A DNA stretch of 60,794 bases, filler included, from Dimargaris cristalligena (taxonomy: Eukaryota), in NCBI GenBank assembly GCA_003614675.1. It is 13 parts of 13 records of this genome, joined end to end, with 100 filler letters (N's around TTAATTAATTAA, not from the genome) between each part and the next. Parts side by side here need not be neighbours in the genome. Positions count along the whole stretch, not along the records: positions 51,624 to 56,162 come from ML003758.1; positions 56,263 to 60,794 come from ML003759.1; 11 more parts are not named here. The stretch is one strand, 5' to 3'. Each line of letters starts with the position of its first letter. Position 1 is the first letter of the stretch. Position numbers and translations under genes: made by a program. The notes beneath the pieces are model-generated. The model saw only the letters and a program-made list of their open reading frames with translations, had not been told where the DNA came from and ran no database searches. Positions 51,930-60,794 of the stretch are shown here, piece after piece.

Positions 51930-54900
51930 TTAAAAAACACAAGAACGCAGCGCCTCCACCAATTTAGTCGAATTTTCGAGTACAATCACCGGATTATCCC
52001 GCAAGGGCAGACTCCAGTCGAATTCACCCGCGGCCGATATTTCGCCGGTCCCTTCAGCCATCGACTCCAACGATTCCGTCACCCACTGTAGCTGCCTACA
52101 CAATAAGTCAACTACAAATCCCCATTGATCAGCCAAACTCGGAGAGGCTGACACATCCTTTCCGCCGCCGTAAGGTTGGGCTGGCACGGATATCAAGAGG
52201 TCGGCGACTGTGATGAGGGTGGTAATGAAAGTCGGAAGCGGAAGCCACGGCGTGAGACGGATGGCCTTTTGGGCGGCGGATTTGGCCTGCCGAAGACGGG
52301 TTTTCAGGGCAGTGTAGTGGATGAGGGCCGATTGATTCTCCTTAGCAATAACATCATCAGCGTCGTCAGCAGCATCGCCATCTCTATCATTTACTTTGGC
52401 CAATTCGGGATGACAGGTTTGTAAAGCGAGGGCGAGCTTTAAGTAAGCGTGGGTGGTCGTCAGGGCACGTTCTGGTTTACCCTGCAAAGCCGTTCTGGCC
52501 AACTTCTCTGGTAAGGCGAGGCGGACCACCTCCCCCGAGGGGGTAAGTGCGGCGTTATCTTCGCCTTCATCTCGCCCGGCCGCCTGAGACCGCCGTACCA
52601 AGTCGCTCAGGGCGGTAAACAGGGGTCGGCGGGTGGGGTAGGCCCGGATGGCTTTACTCCCCGTTCGACAGGCACCGCCGGCCAGGTCCTGCTGTAATAG
52701 CGCCAGTCTACTAGTTAGGTAGGGCAACACCAGGTGGGGGTCAGCCTCGGGGGTCACAGCTGGCAGTTCGCGCTGGACAGCGGTAATGAGGTCGACGTCG
52801 GGTTCACACAAACCAATGGCGAATAGAGTAGCCAGGAGCTGAACATGCGACGACTGGTTCAATGCTGATGAGGTAGATACATCCGGGTTACCTAGGTTGT
52901 CACCAGCATCGCCAGCACCAGTACTGAGTTCCCCATTCGCTTCACCGGCCGCTTGGACACTGTGAAGTAATTGCTGTTTAGCCAAGTCGCGGTGTTCAGT
53001 CGTGCCTAGGGCCCATAACACCTTGGCCAGTAGTACCGACGTATCCTGGTAAAGCCGGACGTCCGGTTCCGCCCAGACGAGTGCCCTTTCGAATGAATGG
53101 AGACTAGCCTCGAGTTGGCCAGACCAATACTCAGCCAGGCCCTGTCCCAGTTTATTACAAACTAAGTACCGGCGTTGCTGGGTAGTGGCCGCGTCGTCCA
53201 CCTGGGGCAGCTGCTCATCTTCTTCTTCCATTTCGGCGGTGGCCGCCACAAAGTACGGAGACTCCATGAGTTTAGCGTAAATTTCCACCGACTCGGTGTA
53301 GTGTCCACCCGCACACAAGGCTCGCACGTAATTGCTTTCAAGCACCACCATTTCTGGCGGTGAAACGGTAGTCAGACCACTCTCTTTCCCATTAAACCTT
53401 GGCTTGTCCTGCTGGGCTAGCAATTCCCAGGCAATCCGGTAGGCCCCAATCGCCCCTTCGTAACGACGACGGGCTTCGCGCAGTAAACCCAACTGGTGCC
53501 ATGCCCAGGGTTGCCGGGGGTCGCGTTCCGTGAACTTCTCCAGGGCGAACTGAACCAGTGTGCGCGGGGGTAAAGCATCCGCGTCCCCACCGTTTCCGGC
53601 GGCGTGCCGCGCAGCTACCGCCCTCCAGTAAATTTGGGCCAACAATAGATTCACTTTGGATATATGCCGGGGCGAGCCACCACCACTGCCACTACTGCTC
53701 CCACCACTGCCGCCATTAGCCGCGCCTCCTTCGATAGAGGTGAAGGCATGACGATACAGGGCCAGTGCTTCGGTCGGCTGCCCAAGTTGATCCGCCAGCA
53801 AGGCCTGGCCTGCCCAGACGGGAACGAATTCGGGGTCCAGGTTCTGTATTTGTGTAAACACCCGATTGGCCAATTCCAATTTCCCGTGTTGGAGATAGAG
53901 GAACCCCAAATTCGACCAGGCCGATACATTCTTGGGTTGGATCGTGACCGCACGGATGAAAGCGTGTTGGGCCAGGCGGGGGTCGGCTTCAGCGGTTGAC
54001 AATGACGATGAGGTGGATGAGGCAACCACACCCCCAGGTGATTCCAGTACTCAGGTTGACTCGGTTGGAGTTGCAACGCGGCTTTATTGGCCTGCAGGGC
54101 ACTTATCAGCCAGGCCTGTTCGGCAATGGAGGAAGCGGGGGCAGCCTCTTCATCGACCGAGTCAGTAGTAGCAGTGGTAGTAGTAGTCGTTGCCTCTCGG
54201 AAGTAGTCGTAGTAAAGGGTCGCCAGCTGGAAATAGAGGTTATCGGTGGGTGCAGCAAACTCCGACAGTGGAGTTAAAGTACGTAGCTGGACCCGTAGGG
54301 ACAGGCAGGCCAAAGCGGTGAGGGCGGCCGCACGATGGGCGGAGTCCAGGGGTGATGGCAATGATGATGTCAATGCCGAAGCAGCCAAGCTGTCAGAGAC
54401 CGTGACTCCTCGCCAGGACCGATACAAAGCGGCCAGCTCGTGCTCCGGACAATCAGCCGGAAGGAGGTCGGGGTAAGTCGTCAGAATGTGGTCCATGACG
54501 GATCCTACCACGGACACAAATTCGTCGGTCGGGGCCTGGTTTTGGTGCACTACGTTCAGGTAGAGTCGACAGGCATCATGGATTCGCTCGAGAATTACCC
54601 ACTTCACGTCGCTTCCACTTTCCTCTCCCCCGTTTTTTTCCACTGGCGGGCGGCGAATCAACAGCGAATAGGATTGCACCAGCACTTCGGTAGCGACCAT
54701 ACGGACTTGACCGAAATACCCGAACTGCAGAAACTCCTGTCCCTGGAGCAAAATGCATTGTAAGCGAGCCACTTCCACCGTCGCCCGAATCGAGGAAGGT
54801 GTGACTGGCTGCGTTGGAGCATCAAAGTCCCCCGTTGAGCTTGGTACTGTAGTACGCGGTAGCAACTTAAATAAGCGGAGGGCCGAATCAAAGTGGACCA

Positions 54901-55890
54901 GGGCCTCCGGGAACTCGCTCAACTCCTGGAATACCCGACCCAACAGCCAGTGGATAGACACGGCCGAGGGCGAGTTCGGCTCTGCCTCAGGCTCCACGTC
55001 CGCCTCCACCAACTCCAGGGCGCGCTCGAGTGCCCGCCGGGATGCCACGTACCGTCCGTCACGGAAGTAAGCCTTGCCCAGTCCCTCCCAAACCACCACC
55101 GCCGTGTTGTTCCCACCCTCGGCGGCCGAGGACTCGGTATTTTTTGGGGCACCAGGCATCGTTTTAATAGCCTGCTGGAAGGCCGCAATGGCCTCCGAGT
55201 ACTGGCTGGTCCGGTGCAAATGGTCCGTCGCAATGATCCGCCAGGCCCAGCCGGCCCGGGGATTCACCTGTACCACCGTTTGGGTAACGCGGGCCACCAG
55301 AGTCCACTGGCGCTCGGCCGCATACAACTGGGTCAACTGCTAGGCGGTGTCGCTGTTGTTCTGGGGATTGAGTTCAAAAGCCCGTTGGTAGCATTTGAGG
55401 GCCCGCTGGACCATAGCCAGGGCCGGGTGATTGGAATTCGCCTGGGCTTCCCATTCGTAGAACCAACCTGACCAAAAGAAGGCCATATCTAGCTGGGGAT
55501 TAAGGCGGGTGGCTTGCAACCAGGCCTTGAGGGTCAGGAGCTTGTCACTCTGGTAAGTCCCGCCCTGATCCCAATAGATGTGTCCAAGCTGGAAATAATA
55601 CTCTGTGGTGCGGGGCTGAAGGGTGATGGCACATTTGATCAACCCCTTGGCCTCTTCCCAGGCCTGGTTTTGGAAATGGACCCACCTGAGTTCGTCCAGG
55701 GCCAAATGATTATCCGAATTCTACTCCGTGATGGTTTGTAGTAGTGCAACCAATTGGGCAAACCGGCCCTGGGAGTTTAGGACCATGGCGAGTCCCAGTT
55801 GCACCGGCAGGGAGTCGGAGTTTAGGGCCAGCACAGCCTTGTACACCTATTGGGCCTTAGGTAAATAGTGGGCATTGAGGGCCTGGTAGG
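51930..55890 (-). pseudogene. SKI3: Ski3/TTC37 TPR protein (SKI complex), disrupted and lacking its 5' end
   Basis: QATRLNPQLDMAFF..RALKCYQRAFELNP; WEGLGKAYFRDGRYVASRRALERA; YWNHLGV..LAQHAFIRAVTIQPKNVSAWSNLGFLYL; in-frame TAG at 55847-55849, 55721-55723, 55340-55342 and a frameshift near 54028. Confidence 0.85.
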
Positions 55891-56614
55891 AATTGGTTGT
55901 TGGAAATATAAATTCAAAGGTAAATGCAAGTACCTTTAATTACAACTATAAAGATATAAAGAAGAGAGAAAGAGCTGCAAGGGACAAGGCTAAATGCCCA
56001 CAGTAGGTTTTATTGATTTGGATAATAGCAGTTCTAATGATTAGGAAAAAGTCCCAGGTAAAGAAGGATATAGGTAAAGTTTAATATAATTATATAATAA
56101 ATTGGATGAAAGTTCCAATTGCTATAGTGGTATTATTTTTTTATTAAAACAGAAGATAGTGTNNNNNNNNNNNNNNNNNNNNNNNNNNNNNNNNNNNNNN
56201 NNNNNNTTAATTAATTAANNNNNNNNNNNNNNNNNNNNNNNNNNNNNNNNNNNNNNNNNNNNTGGAACGCAACATGAAGATAAAAACGTCAACGTGGTCA
56301 CAGAGCAGCTTGAACGAAAAGATAATTTTTGCAAACGAATTCATGACACAGGCCGAAAGTATATATGATCGGTGCTTGGATGTTATTCTTGAATTCCTTC
56401 CTGGGAATATTTTTATGCATTTGTAAAATTAGATCAAACAACATTAGTCAAAAAAACAAATTATATTCAAAAAACCAAACAGTATTCGAAAAAACATTAA
56501 AACAAAAAACAAAAAATAAAACCCAAAAAAAGAACATCAAAAAACCGAATTACAAAATTTAAAACACAGCGCAAGAAATGCAGAAAAAAGTTAAATGCGG
56601 ATGGGAATTTTTCG

Positions 56615-58006
56615 TCACTGGACACCAGTCAAGGTTGGAAAATGCGTTTCGTACGCATCCGCGGTCGGAGAAAGAACAGTCAAACCTTCTCTGCGATTTT
56701 GTGAATTCTTTGGAGCGCGCCTTCCGCCCTTGGCAGTGTGACCCGTTAAATGGTCACGGTTGACAACGCGAGTCGCATCTTCCATCTCGATGTCGTCAAA
56801 CTGATTCACAATTTGTTTTGAGTTGAATTGTTCGAGGTTGCTCAAAAACCGCAGGATCGGATCAAGGACATGAACAGATTGCTTTTGAATAAATGTTTCA
56901 ACATGCTCAATTCTGATTGGCTCTCGGTTCACGAGATATATTCCGTGAAGGCAATATAAAAAGTCGCGCATTGGATGGTTCCTCGGAAGTTTGTACCGTT
57001 TCAAAATGTAAGTATCCCTATACACATACATTGTGTACTTTCTGAGAGATACAAGCAATCTGTCGATGATATCGAAGACAGCATTTGATCCAAAATAGTT
57101 TCGAAAAAGTGTCCGTTCTTCTACTGAACATGCCAAATAAGATAGATGCATTGCTGGTAAGTTTTTTCGCAAGGAACTGGCAATTTTGAACCATTCATAG
57201 TCAACTTTCCATCGAATGGTGGGAGAATCGCCAGTTGAGTTTTTCGTAAATATGATACCGCGGCGAATGTGCATTTCCTGATTTTTAAGATTGCTTCTGC
57301 ATTCTTCTGCAGACAGTGAGTGTGGACTTCCGCACCATGATAGCCCGTGTTGAGAAATAGAAGAAGTTTCAACAAATGTTCCGATATGACGAGATCCAAC
57401 ATAAACAAGTTGTGGAACTCGATGAGGAATCACAAGTTGGTTTTCTGGATGTAGCAAAATAAAACTGTGCGTCTCGTCTTTTGCAAGATCGCGCTCGAAA
57501 AGATTAAAAGGTGCCTCAGAAACCGTTTCACAGAGAAGTCTGTAAAATGTTTTCGAAGATGACCATCTCGCACGAGTTGCGTCGATGCACCGATTCGTTG
57601 ACACAACCCATTGATCGTCGATATATGAAACCCTCAGAACGGTTCCATCTTCAGCTTCTTCGAGAGCATATGTATCGGGAGTATCAAGGTAGGACATTGC
57701 TTGGTCAATGTCGACGTCGCAAATGTTGTCCATGCCACGAGCTACTATTTCAAATGTTTTCTTTCGAAGAATTATCCCGTTGCATTCGAGAACAACGGGA
57801 TCAGACATATCAGAAAGTTCCGTTGGGTGGATCAGGAAAAGGTCTGGGCGCTTCCTATCTAGTGAATATCTCAAATAAAACGGCGACCTGTGAAGAACTT
57901 GATTAAAAAGGTCGCGAAACGTTTTCTCTTTATTCACGTCACCAACGACTATTGACGGGTTGCCGTTTTTAATCCATGTCGAAATCAAATTTGAGAGTGC
58001 AGCCAT
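56615..58006 (-). CDS. T4 Rnl1-like RNA-ligase-fold protein of large DNA viruses, catalytic residues substituted
   Basis: LECNGIILRKKTFEIVARG, EEAEDGTVLRV..WVVST, SFILLHPENQLV, RRGIIF, RWKVDYEWF. Confidence 0.75.
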   Translation of the reverse strand: MAALSNLISTWIKNGNPSIVVGDVNKEKTFRDLFNQVLHRSPFYLRYSLDRKRPDLFLIHPTELSDMSDPVVLECNGIILRKKTFEIVARGMDNICDVDIDQAMSYLDTPDTYALEEAEDGTVLRVSYIDDQWVVSTNRCIDATRARWSSSKTFYRLLCETVSEAPFNLFERDLAKDETHSFILLHPENQLVIPHRVPQLVYVGSRHIGTFVETSSISQHGLSWCGSPHSLSAEECRSNLKNQEMHIRRGIIFTKNSTGDSPTIRWKVDYEWFKIASSLRKNLPAMHLSYLACSVEERTLFRNYFGSNAVFDIIDRLLVSLRKYTMYVYRDTYILKRYKLPRNHPMRDFLYCLHGIYLVNREPIRIEHVETFIQKQSVHVLDPILRFLSNLEQFNSKQIVNQFDDIEMEDATRVVNRDHLTGHTAKGGRRAPKNSQNRREGLTVLSPTADAYETHFPTLTGVQ

Positions 58007-58220
58007 TTTTCACAATTTTCAAATTTGCAATATCTATAATTGAAAGGAACAAGCACGAACACCTTTTATATAAAGTGGTTCGGCCTTTCCACTTTGGTAT
58101 TATCGATAGATTTTCTATTATTTTGTCACAATTGATCAATATTCGAAATTGTTGATTTCGTTTTTGAAGTAAATTTACTTGCGCATTTTCCTTCTCGACA
58201 TAAAGAAAACAATTTGATTA

Positions 58221-58442
58221 ATGAACCCAATAATTATGTTACTATTTTTCTTCATGTTGGCAATATTTGTCATTACTGTAATATCTACAAACCACATTAA
58301 AAGCAAATACATAGCGAATGAGATAGCTCGCACAAAATCAAATTACCAACTAGATCCAGTTCCAGTTGGAAGTGTTCCCCACAAAGTGTTTTATGCCATG
58401 TTCAACGATGACGACACTTTGCAATTGGGTTTGATGCCGTAA
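58221..58442 (+). CDS. Small single-pass membrane protein
   Basis: N-terminal hydrophobic helix then ..QLDPVPV..VFYAMF; recalls small membrane proteins of Mimiviridae-like viruses (unverified). Confidence 0.6.
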   Translation: MNPIIMLLFFFMLAIFVITVISTNHIKSKYIANEIARTKSNYQLDPVPVGSVPHKVFYAMFNDDDTLQLGLMP

Positions 58443-58565
58443 CTCGATATTTTCAATATTGATAATACATTATGCAGATACATAATTTACAACTGATAAT
58501 TGATTAGAATATTTCTTTTTGACTGTCTATAACTAACACAAACAACGCAGAAAGTAAAAAAAACA

Positions 58566-58982
58566 ATGTCGTCTCTAGGAAAAACGAGGAATAAAAAACG
58601 AACCAAACGTAAAGTAAAATATCCAACTTTAAAAAGATCAACAAAATCTGTAAAACTGTCAAAAATATCAATAAAACGATCAAAGAAGTCAGGAAAACGA
58701 TCAAGAAAATCGCTATCCTTAACAGGTGGTGGACTTAAAAAAATTTTGCAGTTCGAAGTTGCATTTAAAGAAGCAAACAAATCTTTCCCGGTTTCACGTG
58801 CACAGTTGAAAGAAATGTACAAATTAATAAAAAAGGAAGAAGAAGATTTAAATCTCGAAGATAATCAAGAGGAAAAAGACGCATATCCAGACATAGATCA
58901 AGTTATCGAATTAGGAAAGAAATGGTCTCAGAAAAACAAAGGAGTGAGCACAAGAACATTGGATCTTCTCCGTAGATTGTAA
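58566..58982 (+). CDS. Protein with K/R/S-rich basic N-half, TGGG linker and acidic C-half
   Basis: 138-aa ORF with AAACAATG start; its stop abuts the PP1 stop. Confidence 0.75.
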   Translation: MSSLGKTRNKKRTKRKVKYPTLKRSTKSVKLSKISIKRSKKSGKRSRKSLSLTGGGLKKILQFEVAFKEANKSFPVSRAQLKEMYKLIKKEEEDLNLEDNQEEKDAYPDIDQVIELGKKWSQKNKGVSTRTLDLLRRL

Positions 58983-58983
58983 A

Positions 58984-59895
58984 TCACTTTTTCTTTTTTT
59001 CTTTTGGCTTCAATGTTTTTACCGAACACAACATGTTTGCATCTATCGAAAGCATTCCAGCGCAGTTATCGAACTGCCCGTCGTAATTGGGTGCAGAAAA
59101 AACAGTAATTAGCTTTCGATTGGCGAAAAATTCACATCCGTCTTCGACCACCTGATGTGCCCTGCAAACCAAGTCAATATCGTTTTCACGACAAAACCTT
59201 TCCACAACATCCGCCCCAAAGACCCAAGACGCCCCTCGATCGTTGGGCAGAAAACCTGATATATTCTTTTCTGGATCAGCCCATAAAAGATCACACATGA
59301 GCCCTTCTTCTGGTATCGGACAAGGCCTTCGGATTAGATCCACTTGGGATATTTTCAATAAATCTGGAGACAATCCACCATGACAGCAAAAAACCTTGTC
59401 GCTTACCAATGCTGCAAGCGGCATGTAATTAAAGCAATCTACGAACGTTTTCCATACTTTCATGTTGTATTTTCTTTTGCACTCGTCCGTAAAACCATAA
59501 ACTCGATTTAACTGGCTATCCTCGTGATTGCCTCTCAGAAGAAATATCGAATCAGGGAATTTCAACTTTAACGCAAATAGTAGACAAATGGTTTCGACAG
59601 AATGTTGCCCTCTGTCAACATAATCTCCAAGAAAAAGATATCTCGATTTTGGAGGATATCCGTTCATTTCAAAAATACGAAGCAAATCAAAAAATTGACC
59701 GTGAGTGTCTCCGCATATTATGAACGGCGCCGATAATCTCAACAATGTTTTTTCTCTTGCAAAAACGTTCATTATGGTTTTTGTGAGGAGAACGACGTGA
59801 TCTTGTGGCAAAGGAGTCACCGTTCCCGGAAACTTTTCCCTTTCCGAAACCAAATGATTTAAGGTGGACACTACGACCGTTTCTATTTCCGCCAT
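58984..59895 (-). CDS. Ser/Thr protein phosphatase PP1 catalytic subunit, divergent; likely start MAEIET at 59895, 303 aa
   Basis: GDTHGQ, GDYVDRG, LRGNHE, HGGLSP, DLLWADP, RAHQVVEDG, FSAPNY; intronless. Confidence 0.96.
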   Translation of the reverse strand: MAEIETVVVSTLNHLVSEREKFPGTVTPLPQDHVVLLTKTIMNVFAREKTLLRLSAPFIICGDTHGQFFDLLRIFEMNGYPPKSRYLFLGDYVDRGQHSVETICLLFALKLKFPDSIFLLRGNHEDSQLNRVYGFTDECKRKYNMKVWKTFVDCFNYMPLAALVSDKVFCCHGGLSPDLLKISQVDLIRRPCPIPEEGLMCDLLWADPEKNISGFLPNDRGASWVFGADVVERFCRENDIDLVCRAHQVVEDGCEFFANRKLITVFSAPNYDGQFDNCAGMLSIDANMLCSVKTLKPKEKKKK

Positions 59896-60003
59896 CTGAT
59901 CTAGAAATACAATGATTTCCTTTACGCTATTATTGCAAAAAAAAGCTTGCTCCAAACACATAAAGCATTATCTTCGCAACTGAAATCTGTTATTGTTAAA
60001 ACG

Positions 60004-60606
60004 TCACAGACGATATTTTGTACATAGAATAGCGTTTCCTGCGATAACTCCTGTTACAAAGATTGCCATGAAGCACATTAAAGTTCTATCATTAAGATGA
60101 CCAAAAAAGTTGGTCAATATTTCGGCCAGGATCGCTGCTGTCTCTTTGCTTTTCAAAATATTTTTGTCATCTTGTTCCATGCATGTCTTCCATGCATCGC
60201 ACGTTGATTCCAATGCTGGAGGGGCATCGATATGTGAGCAACGGTTGTTGAAATAGTCTCGGCTGCATTTCACAATGTCCCGCATCAGAACGTGAGATTG
60301 TTTGTCCAACTGCTTTTGAAGATCTCCCTCCAATATTTGTATAATAGTCGAGATTCCATAAAACAACATGACAACGATAGAAACATTGAATACTAGTTGC
60401 GCATATGCAAGGAACAATCCCGGAATCATGGACAGAATGTGAATATATTTCAAAAACAGTTGTTCGTCCTTTCTTGTAGAACCAATGCGTTTTGGTTTTT
60501 TTGTAACGGGAATCCATTCATTTTCTTTGTGGGTGTAAAATACATTTTTCAAAGTTGAACCTGATGAATGTGCTTTGTTATCAGACGGAAAAACAGCTAG
60601 TTCCAT
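60004..60606 (-). CDS. Brr6/Brl1-family nuclear envelope protein
   Basis: TM1 YAQLVFN.., luminal four-Cys pattern IVKCSRDYFNNRC..PPALESTCDAWKTCM, amphipathic ILAEILTNFF, TM2. Confidence 0.88.
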   Translation of the reverse strand: MELAVFPSDNKAHSSGSTLKNVFYTHKENEWIPVTKKPKRIGSTRKDEQLFLKYIHILSMIPGLFLAYAQLVFNVSIVVMLFYGISTIIQILEGDLQKQLDKQSHVLMRDIVKCSRDYFNNRCSHIDAPPALESTCDAWKTCMEQDDKNILKSKETAAILAEILTNFFGHLNDRTLMCFMAIFVTGVIAGNAILCTKYRL

Positions 60607-60794
60607 TTCACCACCGCTCTAGTACCAATCTTTTGATTGTTCCACTTAAACACGAAAATTGCGCATTCCATGTGACACTTATGGAAATCTTAAATGTAAA
60701 ATAAAACATGCTTCAATTTCAGAATAGATCCGGCACCCATGCAAAGACTAAGTGGGTGTTTAACAGCAAGCACATTCATCAGGTTCAACCAAAA

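Overview
This window is not one locus. It is 13 unrelated contigs of about 4.5-4.6 kb, sorted by decreasing length and joined by an artificial 100-nt linker (44 N + TTAATTAATTAA + 44 N). Contig spans: 1-4618, 4719-9333, 9434-14048, 14149-18762, 18863-23466, 23567-28162, 28263-32854, 32955-37545, 37646-42217, 42318-46883, 46984-51523, 51624-56162, 56263-60794. Neighbourhood across linkers means nothing. Ten contigs look like nuclear DNA of an intron-poor fungus; gene style is consistent with an early-diverging lineage such as Kickxellomycotina, which is an inference. They carry GFA1, a sphingoid-base kinase, a DUF3712/Tag1-like protein, an ALG8 fragment, a disrupted SKI3, tRNA-Ile, orphan secreted proteins, CpG-decayed LTRs and a MITE. 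One contig (18863-23466) is mitochondrial-type. It has a twice-repeated arrangement of decayed tRNA, GIY-YIG homing-endonuclease pseudogene and intact tRNA for the same amino acid, plus many TCGA-bounded double-hairpin elements. Two contigs look like large dsDNA virus DNA. One has a D5-like primase-helicase. The other is gene-dense and encodes an apparently inactive Rnl1-like ligase, a divergent PP1 phosphatase and a Brr6/Brl1 nuclear-envelope protein. Some junctions look like whole-genome-amplification chimeras. All calls come from motif recognition by eye; no searches were run.
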